Assembly (NCBI GenBank): GCA_963821525.1
Contig: CAWGED010000019.1
Location: 960,001 to 1,024,000 of the forward strand
Source: an uncultured Gemmatimonadales bacterium
GTDB lineage: Bacteria; Gemmatimonadota; Gemmatimonadetes; Gemmatimonadales; GWC2-71-9
Direction: 5' to 3'
DNA length: 64,000 nt
Under the pieces are notes generated by a model that was not told the DNA's origin, ran no database searches, and saw nothing but the letters and a program-made list of their open reading frames with translations. Of this stretch, positions 9,805 to 20,141 are shown one piece after another (position 1 is the stretch's first letter; each line of letters starts with the position of its first letter). The translations under genes were made by a program, and so were the position numbers.

Positions 9805-11038
9805 GTGAACGTCCTGGTGTTGGGTGCCGGCGCGGTGGGGACCGTGTCCGCCCTGAAATTCGCGCAGCATCCCATGGTGACCAGGCTGGTCATTGCGGAT
9901 GCTGTCCCTGGCCGAGCCCAGTTGCTCGCCGACCGCATTGGGAACCCGCGCGTGAGCGCCATGACGCTTGACGCCGGGAACCGTAGTGAACTCGCCCGCG
10001 CCATTCGTGAAACCGGTACGAACATCCTGCTGAACGCCGCCCTTCCGGCCACTAACCTGGTCGTGATGCGCGCGTGTCTCGACGGAGGATGCGACTACAT
10101 CGACATGGCGAGTGGCGGAGCCGCCATGGACGGCACCCCGAAACTCCCCGACCAGTTCGCCCTCGACCAGGAGTTCAAGGCCGCGGGCCGTCTGGCAATT
10201 CTGGGGATGGGGGCTGATCCGGGAACCAGTAACGTCTACGCCGCGTACGCCGCGAAGCACCTGCTCGACACGGTGACCGAGCTGCGGATACGGGACGGCG
10301 ACAATTCCGTCTGCCAGGGACACGATGGATTCCTGGCCGCCTTCAGTCCGTGGGTCTTCATCGACGAATGCCTCTGCGGAGCCATTTCCTGGCGCGATGG
10401 GACCTACCACCTCGAGGAAGCCCTCTCCGGTTTCGAGCCCTTCAATTTCCCGGAGCTCGGCGTCCTCAACACCTACTACGTTGACCACGAAGAGTCGCGC
10501 ACCCTGCCGATGTTCATCCCCGGCCTGGCGGTCGCGGACTTCAAGCTGTGCATGGACGATGTGACCTGGCAGACCCTGCGGGTCCTGAAGCAGATGGGCC
10601 TCTCCCGGACCGACAAGGTGCGGGTGGGAGACACCGCGGTTTCACCGCGCGATGTCGTCGTAGCCCTGTTGCCCCAGCCCGGTGATCTCGCCGGAAGGAT
10701 GCGGGGGAAGACCTGCGTCGGGACGCTGGCGCGCGGGATCCGAAACGGGCAGGCACGCAGCTTCTACATCTACAATGTGACCGATCACGAGAAGGTCTAC
10801 GCCGAATTGGGAGTTCAGGCCACGGCCTACCAGACCGGCGTTCCCTCCGGTAATCGCGGCCGAGTTGATGGCCAATGGTCGCTGGAGCGGCGTCGGGGTC
10901 ATGTCTCCCGAGCAGTTCGATCCCGATCCCTTCGTGGCCCGCCTCGGCGCGATGGGAATGCCCTGGCATGTCCGGGATGAGGAAACGGGGAAGATCGACG
11001 CAGTCGAGATGGATTTCGCAGAGCCGGTAGCGGCGTAG
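9805..11038 (+). CDS. Saccharopine dehydrogenase-family / carboxy(nor)spermidine dehydrogenase-like oxidoreductase; frameshift near 10845
   Basis: GAGAVG Rossmann fold, YIDMA, MGADPGTSNVYAAYAAKH, DHEES, QATAYQTGVP; continues in another frame as ...MSPEQFDPDPF...PVAA*. Confidence 0.82.
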
Positions 11039-11083
11039 GCCGGGGCCAATCGCTATCGGCCAGAGGCCAGTAAAGGCCCAATG

Positions 11084-11120
11084 ACACGAAGCCCTCCGCC
11101 AGAGCGGAGGGCTTCGTGTT
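11084..11120. terminator. Intrinsic terminator hairpin between convergent genes
   Basis: ACACGAAGCCCTCCGC-CAGA-GCGGAGGGCTTCGTGT perfect stem followed by T residues. Confidence 0.85.
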
Positions 11121-11134
11121 TCCAGGACCCGTCC

Positions 11135-11945
11135 TCAGAACGCGATGGACATTGAAGCGGAAACGCTCTTCGGTGTGGCCAGGAAGTGAGGTTGGCCCGC
11201 TCCGAAGATGGTCCATTTCCCATCCATGATCATTGCACTGGTGATCCCGACCGCGGCTCCGCCCAGGACATCGCTCAGCCAGTGCTGGTTGTCGTTGATG
11301 CGGGACCATCCCGTGAGAGTGGCCGCACTGTAGAGTCCGACCTGGGCCGGCCAGAAGTGCACTTCATTGCTGACCGATGCCGCGAGGGCGAAGGCCATCG
11401 CGGTATGTCCCGAGGGAAACGAAACATTGCCGGAGAAAGGCGCGAATTCATCCGGATCCGGAATACTGCTATGGTTCGGGCGCGTTCGACCGACCACATA
11501 CTTGATGATGCCGGTTCGAAAGGCCGGCCGTGACCAGTGAGCCGGTGATGCGGCCACCCGCCCGGGCGATATCGTCGTCCGACGCGATGAGGCCGGTCAG
11601 GATGGTGCCGAGGCCTACGGTGGCATAGACCTCGGGTTGTCCCATGTGACGGAAGACAGAGGCGATATCATCCTTCGTTTCGGTCCGGTGGCTCTGGGTG
11701 TAGTCCTGAACCGTCGCGTCCAGAAATCCGCTTGCCACGATAACGCCGGCCACCGCCGCCGCCTCGTACCATTGCACCGCGTGTGGCTCGCTGGCGGAAC
11801 TCCCACTACTCGATCCCTCAGTCGCAAGCGACGCGGGGAGGGGAGGGGCCCACGATTCGAGACGCGGAGCTGCCCGCGCCACTTGAGCGATCAGCGACGC
11901 GGGCACAAAGGTGACCGCCAGGCACCATCCGATCAGGTTGCGCAT
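11135..11945 (-). CDS. PAP2-family phosphatase; frameshift near 11525
   Basis: KYVVGRTRP, SFPSGH, SRINDNQHWLSDV; N-terminal part lies in ORF 11469..11945. Confidence 0.85.
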
Positions 11946-12009
11946 AGGGGCGGAAATCTAGTACCTTCGTGGCCGGCGCGTTTCCCCTAACTCTTTGCCG
12001 AGCCTATCG

Positions 12010-12378
12010 ATGCGTCGCACCATCCCAATCCTCCTGAGTCTCATCGTCAGCCTCGCCTGTCGCGACTACAACCTGGAGCGCCACGTGGCCGGTCAGGCCG
12101 GTCTGGTTCCGGCCGATAAGTTCGCGAGCTATGGCCGCGAGCAGGCCATCGCGGTCGCGATCGGCCGGGAATTCGGCCGGCCCTACAACTCCGGTCCCGA
12201 GGCGCAGGCAGAGATCGCCACGACCTACGCGCGCAACAAGTTTGGGGCGGACATCGTTGACATCACACCCGATCCGCTGGGACATCGCCTCACGGTGACG
12301 TTCAAAAGCGGGTGGCGCACAGCCATTGTCCCGATCGACGACGGCAAGACCGGGGACGAAACCAAGGTCCCGTCCTGA
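12010..12378 (+). CDS. Hypothetical lipoprotein
   Basis: MRRTIPILLSLIVSLA-C lipobox-like signal; stop overlaps the next gene. Confidence 0.65.
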   Translation: MRRTIPILLSLIVSLACRDYNLERHVAGQAGLVPADKFASYGREQAIAVAIGREFGRPYNSGPEAQAEIATTYARNKFGADIVDITPDPLGHRLTVTFKSGWRTAIVPIDDGKTGDETKVPS

Positions 12379-12701
12379 CCACGTTGCTCCAGGTCACCAC
12401 GGCTGTTCCCTCAGCCGAGCTGGCGCGCCGTATCGCGGAGGCCGCGGTTGCCGAGCGGTTTGCGGCCTGTGTTCAGATCAGCGGTCCAATTACCAGTGTC
12501 TACCGCTGGCAGGGGGCCATAGAAGAAGCCTCGGAATGGTTTTGCGTGTTCAAGACCAGCACCGAGGCGTATCCCGGCCTTGAGTCTCGAATCCGGTCGC
12601 TCCATCCGTACCAGGTTCCGGAAATCATTGCGACACCGATCGTCGCTGCCGCGGAAAGCTATGCCGCTTGGATTGCAAGCGAATTGCAGAGCGATCGGTG
12701 A
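12375..12701 (+). CDS. cutA: Divalent-cation tolerance protein CutA (start uncertain, CTG or TTG)
   Basis: AACVQISGPITSVYRWQG, E...KT, LHPYQVPEII, YAAWI. Confidence 0.88.
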   Translation: MTTLLQVTTAVPSAELARRIAEAAVAERFAACVQISGPITSVYRWQGAIEEASEWFCVFKTSTEAYPGLESRIRSLHPYQVPEIIATPIVAAAESYAAWIASELQSDR

Positions 12702-12796
12702 GCAAGTGAGGAGTGAGCGGTGAGAGGTAAGGAGTTCTTCACTCCTCACTGCTTAAACCTCCACTTACTCCTCACACCTTACTCCTTACTCCTCAC
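12698..12796. repeat. Heptamer tandem/inverted repeat (GTRAGNR units and their complements)
   Basis: GTGAGGA GTGAGCG GTGAGAG GTAAGGA ... TCCTCAC ACCTTAC TCCTTAC TCCTCAC. Confidence 0.78.
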
Positions 12797-12820
12797 GGCT
12801 TGACGCGCTCCGGGGACCCC

Positions 12821-14213
12821 ATGCCCGCTCGCCCCGATGCTCCGCTCGCGGAGTACCTCTACCTTCTCGCCGGCGATCCCGAAGACTTCGTCGCCGCCTG
12901 CGCCGACCTTCTCCCCGCCGACATCGTCGAGGCGCTGAACGACCTCCCGCCGGAAGCAGCCTCGAAGGTGGTTGGGGCTCTGCCCTTCCACACTGCGGTG
13001 GAGGTCTTCGACCAGCCCGAGTTGGAAGCTCGGGACGAAATTGTCGAGCGGCTCCCGGACGACATCGCCGCCCCGCTGGTCCAGGCGATGTCGGCAGACC
13101 AGCAGGTGCGGCTGTTCCGGAGCATCAAGGGCTCGGACCGTGCCCGGCTGGGCTACTGTCTCGACGCCCCGACCCGGGATCAGCTCAAGCTGCTCCTGAA
13201 ATACCCGCCTCAGAGCGCGGGCGGACTGATGACCACGGAGTTTGTCAGCGTGCCTTCGGCCTGGACGGCGGCCCAGGTTCGCCAGCTCGTGCACGACGTG
13301 GGCAGCGCCAAGGAAACCGTCTACGCCATCTACGTCCTGGACGAGAAGACCCAGCGGCTGCAGCAAGTCATTTCACTGCGAGAAGTGATGACGGCGGCCG
13401 ACACGACGCCGGTCCGGGACATCGGGGATACCAGAAAGCCGGTGACCACTCAGCCCTCTCACCGATCGCGAGGAGGTGGCGCGCCTCATCGCCAAGTACA
13501 ACCTGCTCGCGATACCCGTCGTAGACGAGGCCAATCATGTCCTCGGCATCGTCACCGTGGACGACGTGATCGACGCGCTGGTCAAGGAACAGACCGAAGA
13601 CGTCCAGAAGTTTGGCGGTATGGAGGCTCTCGACCAGCCCTACATGGAAATCGGCCTGCCGCAGATGATCCGGAAGCGAGCCGGCTGGCTCTGCGCGCTC
13701 TTCCTGGGGGAAATGCTCACGGCTACCGCCATGGGCTATTTCGAACATGAGATCGAACGAGCTGTGGTCCTGGCGATCTTCCTGCCGCTGATCATCAGTT
13801 CAGGCGGGAATTCGGGTTCTCAGGCCACGTCCCTGATCATCCGTGCGATGGCGCTGCGCGAGGTGAATCTTCGCGACTGGTGGAGGGTCGCGGCACGGGA
13901 GATCCCCGCCGGGGTCACCCTGGGCGCGATCTTGGGAACCATCGGCTTCATTCGCATCGTGGCGTGGCAGGACCTGGGCTTCTACAACTACGGCCCGCAT
14001 TATCTGCTGGTCGCGATGACGGTAGCACTGGCACTGGTGGGGGTCGTGCTTTTCGGTTCCCTGACTGGCTCCATGCTACCCTTCGTGCTCCGGCGCATCG
14101 GCTTCGACCCGGCCAGCGCCTCGGCACCCTTCGTGGCCACGCTGGTGGATGTGACCGGCCTGATCATTTTCTTCAGTGTGGCGCTTGTGGTGCTGAAGGG
14201 GACGCTGCTTTAG
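12821..14213 (+). CDS. mgtE: Magnesium transporter MgtE; frameshift near 13455
   Basis: YPPQSAGGLMTTEF, CBS pair, PLIISSGGNSGSQA, DPASASAPFVATLVDVTG. Confidence 0.92.
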
Positions 14214-15246
14214 CGTCCCACCTCCCCTGTCCCACTTCTTCCAGCACCGCCGCGATTTCCTGAAGGCTGAGCATCCAATCCACCCCGCCGCGCAACAAAG
14301 CCGCGCGAGGCATGCCGTAGACGGTACAGCTTGCCTCATTCTCCGCGATGGTCCGGCCCCCGTGGGCCCGGATGATGCTCATCCCCTCTGCCCCATCATC
14401 CCCCATCCCAGTCATCAGCACGCCGAGCACCTTGCCGCGCCGAGCGCGGTCGGCGGATTTCATGAGAACGTCAACGCTGGGAGCATGGCGGGCCTCGAGT
14501 GGCTCCGAGGAGAGCAGCACAGTGAGACTGTTGCTCAATCGAAGCTGTCGTCCGGCCGGCGCGATCAGGACCCGGCCCGGAACCAGCCGCTCGCCCTCTT
14601 TCGCTTCTCCGACCCGAAGGCGGCAGAGTGAATTGAGCCGGTCGGCGAACGGTGCCGTGAATCCCGCCGGCATATGCTGCACGATCGCCAGAGGCAGCGG
14701 GAACGAGGCGGGGAGGCGTTCAAGGATGTACTGCAATGCTGCGGGCCCGCCCGTGGAAGCTCCAATTACGCACAGCTCACAATGGCTCACGTCAACCGCC
14801 GGAACAGTCGGCGCTGGACGTCGAACCGCCGGCCTGGCTTCCCGGCTTCCCGGGCGCCAGGACTTCAGCCGATCCACCAGCTCGCGTCCCAAGCCGTCCA
14901 GATCCATAAGGTTGATGGCGGTCTTATCGATGAAATCCGCAGCGCCGAGGCTCAACGCTTCCAGTGTTGCCGCGGCACCTTCCCGGGTGTGAGCCGAGAG
15001 CATGATGACGTGAAGGCTCGGTCGCCAACCCAGCAAGGCGCGCAAGGTGGCGAGCCCATCCATGCCATGCATGGCCACATCGAGTGTCACGACATCGGGG
15101 TTCGCGGCAGGGATTCGCTCGAGCGCCTCGTGACCGTTCGCGGCTTCGCCCACGACCTGGCATTCCGGCTGCGCCGAGAGCACCCGGGTCAGGGCCTTAC
15201 GGATGAAAGCCGAATCATCGACCACGAAGACCCGAATCACGAGCAT
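14173..15246 (-). CDS. cheB: Chemotaxis methylesterase CheB (REC + esterase)
   Basis: VVDDSAFIR, GASTGGP, VQHMP, PSVDVL, MTGMGDDGAEG, VYGMP. Confidence 0.95.
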   Translation of the reverse strand: MLVIRVFVVDDSAFIRKALTRVLSAQPECQVVGEAANGHEALERIPAANPDVVTLDVAMHGMDGLATLRALLGWRPSLHVIMLSAHTREGAAATLEALSLGAADFIDKTAINLMDLDGLGRELVDRLKSWRPGSREARPAVRRPAPTVPAVDVSHCELCVIGASTGGPAALQYILERLPASFPLPLAIVQHMPAGFTAPFADRLNSLCRLRVGEAKEGERLVPGRVLIAPAGRQLRLSNSLTVLLSSEPLEARHAPSVDVLMKSADRARRGKVLGVLMTGMGDDGAEGMSIIRAHGGRTIAENEASCTVYGMPRAALLRGGVDWMLSLQEIAAVLEEVGQGRWDAKAASPSAPQAPH

Positions 15247-16073
15247 TCTCCGGTTCGGCGGTAGGCCATGGTCCCATTGAGGAACACCGGCTCGAAGGTC
15301 GGCATCCTGTCTACCAGCGACTCCGAATGCCCCAGGAGCAGATACCCACCTGGGAGCAAGAGGCGGCCGAAATGCCCGATGAGGGACATGAAGGCATCAT
15401 CGTGGAAGTAGATCAGCATGTTCCGGCAGAGAATCACGTCGTAGCCTGCCCGCCCGAGTCCCACCGTGGGTGCGGCGAGATTGGCTTGAAAGAAATTCAC
15501 GCCCTTGCGGTAACGATCCTTGAGCTGGAACCGCTCTCCGTTCCGGATGAAGCACCGCTGTCGAACGTCGTCGTCACAGACCCTGAGCGAGCCAGGCTCA
15601 TAGAGCGCCTTCCGGGCCTGCTCGATGCGGGCCGTGTTCAGGTCGCAGGCGTCGATCTCCCAGCGGTAGCCCTGAAGCTCCAGTCCACTGTCCACCAGGT
15701 TCACGACCAGCGAATACGGCTCTTCGCCCGAAGAACAGCCCGCCGAAAGCACCCGAAGCGGACGCGTCCGCAAGACGCTCTGAAGCGGCGGTATGACCTG
15801 GTTCAGGATGAATGCGAAGTGGTGGGGCTCGCGAAAGAAATAGGTCTCGTTATTGGTAATCCGCCGGGACAGCTCGGAGTTCTCCGCATGACGCGCCGGG
15901 TGGAAACTGAGATAGTGGTAGTACTCCCGGAACGTTTGCAGGTGGAGATCGGAGAGCCGGGAGCGGAGCCGTGCTTCGAGGATGTCGCGCCTTGCTCCTT
16001 CGAAACTGAGGCCGAATCGCTCCCGGACGAAGTCGGCGATAAGCTTCCAGTCGGCTTCGGCTACTTCGCTCAT
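15237..16073 (-). CDS. cheR: Chemotaxis methyltransferase CheR
   Basis: NNETYFFREPHHF, SAGCSSGEEPYSL, DVILCRNMLIYF, LGHSESL. Confidence 0.95.
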   Translation of the reverse strand: MSEVAEADWKLIADFVRERFGLSFEGARRDILEARLRSRLSDLHLQTFREYYHYLSFHPARHAENSELSRRITNNETYFFREPHHFAFILNQVIPPLQSVLRTRPLRVLSAGCSSGEEPYSLVVNLVDSGLELQGYRWEIDACDLNTARIEQARKALYEPGSLRVCDDDVRQRCFIRNGERFQLKDRYRKGVNFFQANLAAPTVGLGRAGYDVILCRNMLIYFHDDAFMSLIGHFGRLLLPGGYLLLGHSESLVDRMPTFEPVFLNGTMAYRRTGECS

Positions 16074-18100
16074 GCCGGAGCGGAGGCCGTGACTTCCGGC
16101 TCTCCGCTCAGTGCGGCGAGCGCCGTGCGGGCCACGACAGGTTCCAGGTCTCGCGCCAGGGCGAGCAGCAGCGACCTCCGCTCCGGAACCCGCAGCCGGC
16201 CCAGCGCCCGGGCCGCCTCGTTCCGAATGGCCCAATCCGGATCTTCGGCCAACGCACTAAACAACGGGAGATCACTTGGGCCGGCCAGATCGGCCAGTCC
16301 TTGGGCCGCGACCCGCCGAATCTCGACCTGAGATTCCTCCAGCCGCTGGCGCAGGAACTCCACCGTTCCTGGCGACGCGATGTTGGCCAGAGCGGCGAGA
16401 ATCTCGATTTTCTCGTGCAGCAAGGTGGTGCCATAGAGCGTCTGGAGCGGACCCGCGGCCTGAGCAGCACCCAATCGGCCCAGAGCGCGAATCACGTGAT
16501 AACGCAACGAGTCGTTGGTGTTGAGCAGTGCCAGGAGCGTCGCCAGCGTGCGGCCGCCCGGTCTCTTGGCCAGCAGATCCAGGACTTCGGTTTGTACCGA
16601 CTCGTCGGGGTCGGCCAGCGCGCGAAGCAGCACCACTTCGGCGCGGGAGCCGTCCATCTGGCCCACGACCCTGAATGCGGCGCGGCGCAGAGCGGGCGAG
16701 GCAGCGTGCGCCAGTTCGAGGATCTCCGGGTCGAACGCACGACAACCCGAGTGCTCTACCACCCGAATGGCGCGCAACCTCACCGCCTCATCAACATCGG
16801 ATTGAAGGAACGGAGCAAGACTCAGCTCGAGGTCTTGTGCCGGCATGTGTCCAAGTGCCGCGGCGGCGGCATCCCGTTCCTGCCCGGTGCTGTCCTGCAG
16901 CAGCTGCAACAGGTCCGGTATGGCCTCGACGGCCTTCAGGGGACCGATGGCGCGGCAGGTGGCCGCGCGAATCTGCTCGCTCTCATCCCGCAGCAAGCCG
17001 AGTATCCGGGACAGGTCGTCGGTGGTGAGCTCACCAACCTCCAAGGCACCTTGCCGTACCCTCACATCGGGATGGGCGAGCAGGCCTCCGAGCGTTGAGC
17101 GCAGACAACCGTGGAATCGCCGCACCAGCGGCCGCTGCCACGCGACTCCCTCACGATCTACTGCCCACCGGACGACCCAGGGATGCAACGACTCGAGGCC
17201 ACCGGCCAACGCCAGCGTCGCTGCTGCGCGAACCAGAGGCCCCCCGCCCCGGGTACCCCGGCGATCGTCGGATGCATTGAGCGGATCGAGCGGTTCCTCT
17301 CCCGAGACCTCGCCCTGGAGCACCGCGGCGAGATAGCGCCAGATACCATCCCGGTCGGCATCAATTCGTTGGCCCAAACGCCCGAGCAGGGGCATTCCCG
17401 GATGGAGCGATGCCGCCAGCGCAAGAACGATGGGACCTCGCAACTCGACCGTGTCGGACCGGAACAGCAGGGTCAGCAGTGGCTCGGCCGCTTCCGCGGC
17501 GGCGATTTTCCGTAGCGCTGCCAGAGCCGGGATGGTGACGAAGCTTTCCGGAACCAGGCCGACGAGCACCGGTGCCGCGAGCGGATCGCCGATCTCACCG
17601 AGGGCGTCGGTGGCCGCCAGCTGAAGCCACGGTTCTTCGCCCAGGATCTCGATGAGTCTGGGCACCGCATCGCGGGCTCGCACTCTCCCCAGCGCTTCGA
17701 TGGCCGCCTGTACCACGTTCACTTGCTCATGTTTGAGCAGCCGCAGCAGAGCCGGCCAGCATTCAATCGCCTTGATCTCACCGATGACCTGGCAGGCGAA
17801 CATCACCACGTCGGGATCCGGATCTTCGAGCATCCCGCCGACGTGCTGAATGGCATAGGGACCCTGCCGGGTCAGCGCGGCGAGGGCCGCGTTGCGGAGT
17901 ATCGCGTTGTCGGGAGATGCGACCAGCGGGGCGAGCCGCGCCGGTTCAATGCAGCGCGCCGCCCATGCAATCGCCACCTCTCTGACGGCCGGCGACTCGT
18001 CCTCCAGCGCGGAGAAGATCTCCGCCTCCCGCAGGGCATGATCTGCCGGGGAGGCGAGAGCGTTGAGCCGGGCAGTCAGAGCCGAAGCGGCGCGGGGCAT
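16070..18100 (-). CDS. HEAT/PBS-lyase repeat protein within the chemosensory operon
   Basis: Many repeats of the type D.D..VR..AA.ALG; overlaps both the MCP and cheR. Confidence 0.88.
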   Translation of the reverse strand: MPRAASALTARLNALASPADHALREAEIFSALEDESPAVREVAIAWAARCIEPARLAPLVASPDNAILRNAALAALTRQGPYAIQHVGGMLEDPDPDVVMFACQVIGEIKAIECWPALLRLLKHEQVNVVQAAIEALGRVRARDAVPRLIEILGEEPWLQLAATDALGEIGDPLAAPVLVGLVPESFVTIPALAALRKIAAAEAAEPLLTLLFRSDTVELRGPIVLALAASLHPGMPLLGRLGQRIDADRDGIWRYLAAVLQGEVSGEEPLDPLNASDDRRGTRGGGPLVRAAATLALAGGLESLHPWVVRWAVDREGVAWQRPLVRRFHGCLRSTLGGLLAHPDVRVRQGALEVGELTTDDLSRILGLLRDESEQIRAATCRAIGPLKAVEAIPDLLQLLQDSTGQERDAAAAALGHMPAQDLELSLAPFLQSDVDEAVRLRAIRVVEHSGCRAFDPEILELAHAASPALRRAAFRVVGQMDGSRAEVVLLRALADPDESVQTEVLDLLAKRPGGRTLATLLALLNTNDSLRYHVIRALGRLGAAQAAGPLQTLYGTTLLHEKIEILAALANIASPGTVEFLRQRLEESQVEIRRVAAQGLADLAGPSDLPLFSALAEDPDWAIRNEAARALGRLRVPERRSLLLALARDLEPVVARTALAALSGEPEVTASAPA

Positions 18101-19584
18101 CAGCTCTTGAAGGTCTCCACCCGCTCGCGAAGTGCTTCCGATTCGCCGGCCAGGTTGCGGGAGGCAGCGCCCATCTGTTCGACCGCTACCAGATTCTGCC
18201 GCGAGACCAGCGCGATCGACTCCACGGCCTTCACCACCATATCGCCGCCGCGCTTCTGCTCGGCCACGCCTTCCGACATCTGGTGGGTCAGCTTGTTCAT
18301 CTTCTGCGCCGCCGCGGTGATTTCCCGGGCCCCGGCCGCGTTCTCCTTGACCGATGTGGCGATCTGGCGGGTCAGGTTTGCCATGTTGCCCGCCATCGCG
18401 AGGACCTCGCGCGCGTCGGCCGCCTGCTCCTCGGTCGCGTGCGCCGCCTCGCTCACCAGCTGCGAGGTCTGGTCTACCGAGCCGACAATCGTCGCCAGTA
18501 CCTGCTCCATCAGCGTCACGGCGCCTCCGGTCTCCCGCTGTACCGTGTCGATCACCTGGGCGATCTCCTGGGTCGCCTGTACCGACCGCTCGGCCAGGCG
18601 CCGGACTTCGTCAGCCACGACCGCGAAGCCCTTCCCCGCATCGCCGGCCCGCGCCGCTTCGATGGTCGCGTTCAGCGCCAGCAGGTTCGTCTGGTCCGCG
18701 ATGTCCTCGATGACCTTGATGATCTTTCCGATCTCCTGCGAACGGTCTCCGATCGCGGCGATCGATTGAGTCAGCCGCTCTCCCCCCGCGCGAGCTTCGC
18801 TCACCGACTTTTTGGAGACTTCATCGACCTTGTGCACCCGTGATGCGATAGAGCCGACGGTGTTGATCATGTCGGTCAGCGTACCGGTGACTTCCTCCAC
18901 CGCGCCGAGCAGGGTGTCGCCGTTCTGGGCCGTCTGCGCCAGCACGACGCTCATCTGCTGAATCGAGGAAGAGGTTTCGTCCACGTTGGCCGCCAGCGCC
19001 TCGGCATTCTTGGCCAGCGCCTGCATCTGGGCCGCCATCTCGACCATGGTCGACGAGGTCTCTTCGGTCGAGCTCGACTGAGATTCGGCGCCCTTGGTCA
19101 TCTGGGTGGCCGAGGCGGAAATTTCTTCGGCCGAAGTGGCGACCGTGCGGGACGAGGTGGTAATCTGGCCGACCACCTGCCGCAGGTTCTTGACCATCTG
19201 CCGGATGGTGTGCTCGAGCCAGCCGATCTCGTCCCGGGAAAGGCTCTTGATATCGATGGTCAGGTCGCCGTTGGATACCTGCTCCGCCGCCAAGCCCAGC
19301 CGGGTCAGCGGGTCGGCGATAAGCCGGGCGAGGAAGAGCGCGGCCAGGAGCCCGAGGATGACGCCCGAGGCGACCAGGACCAGGATGAACGATCTCGAGT
19401 CCTGATAGATCGCGTCGACCATGCCTCCGCCCTGGGCGGACACAACGGCGGAGTGCATGCGGTCGAGCTGGCGGATCGCGTAGGCCCCCACGACTCCGGT
19501 GGCCAGCAGCGCGATGGTAAAGCCCGTGAGGATTTTCCGGCGGATGGTCCAGTTCCGGATCACCTGAAGAATCTGTTCGCTCAT
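18100..19584 (-). CDS. Methyl-accepting chemotaxis protein (2 TM, HAMP, very short external loop)
   Basis: HAMP GDLT...RDEIGWL; hairpin tip [38 protein letters not shown]. Confidence 0.95.
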   Translation of the reverse strand: MSEQILQVIRNWTIRRKILTGFTIALLATGVVGAYAIRQLDRMHSAVVSAQGGGMVDAIYQDSRSFILVLVASGVILGLLAALFLARLIADPLTRLGLAAEQVSNGDLTIDIKSLSRDEIGWLEHTIRQMVKNLRQVVGQITTSSRTVATSAEEISASATQMTKGAESQSSSTEETSSTMVEMAAQMQALAKNAEALAANVDETSSSIQQMSVVLAQTAQNGDTLLGAVEEVTGTLTDMINTVGSIASRVHKVDEVSKKSVSEARAGGERLTQSIAAIGDRSQEIGKIIKVIEDIADQTNLLALNATIEAARAGDAGKGFAVVADEVRRLAERSVQATQEIAQVIDTVQRETGGAVTLMEQVLATIVGSVDQTSQLVSEAAHATEEQAADAREVLAMAGNMANLTRQIATSVKENAAGAREITAAAQKMNKLTHQMSEGVAEQKRGGDMVVKAVESIALVSRQNLVAVEQMGAASRNLAGESEALRERVETFKS

Positions 19585-20141
19585 GAGACGAGGGGTCCTG
19601 GGGTAGACACGTTTTCGAGCAAGAGTGCCTTATCAAGCTCGATGAGGATGATGAGCCGCGGACCAACTCGCGCGACGTTGCTGACATAATCGGCGCGCTG
19701 CGAAACAACTTCATCAGGCGGCGGGACGATGAAACTCTCGCCGATCTTCACCACCTGTGAGACCACATCCACCAAGATTCCTACCATGCGTCCGTGGGCT
19801 TCTACGACCACGACCCGGGAGCGCGAAGTGAGCTCGGCTCGCTCCAGCCCGAAGCGGGTTCGGATCTCCACCACCGGGAGAATCCGCCCCCGGAGGTTCA
19901 TGACTCCGCGGATGTGCGGCGGGGCCTGGGGGACCCGGGTGATTTCCGGAACCCGCACGATCTCGCGCGCCCGCGCGATTGGAATCGCGAATTCCTCACG
20001 GTCGAGCCCGAAGATGACCAGATGACGCTCGGGTTCCGCTTCCGCCGCCCGAACGGCGACACCCTGCTGGGCCACGTCGTCGGCGAAGGTCAGCAGGCTG
20101 TCCCGCGCGGAGAGCTTCAGTTCTTGTTTCATGTCGGTCAC
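19581..20141 (-). CDS. cheW: CheW coupling protein
   Basis: [32 protein letters not shown]. Confidence 0.93.
   Translation of the reverse strand: MTDMKQELKLSARDSLLTFADDVAQQGVAVRAAEAEPERHLVIFGLDREEFAIPIARAREIVRVPEITRVPQAPPHIRGVMNLRGRILPVVEIRTRFGLERAELTSRSRVVVVEAHGRMVGILVDVVSQVVKIGESFIVPPPDEVVSQRADYVSNVARVGPRLIILIELDKALLLENVSTPGPLVS

Noticed and set aside
14173..14213. 41-bp convergent overlap of the cheB and mgtE 3' ends
   Set aside because: The cheB tail is low-complexity; short convergent overlaps are common or may stem from an indel.
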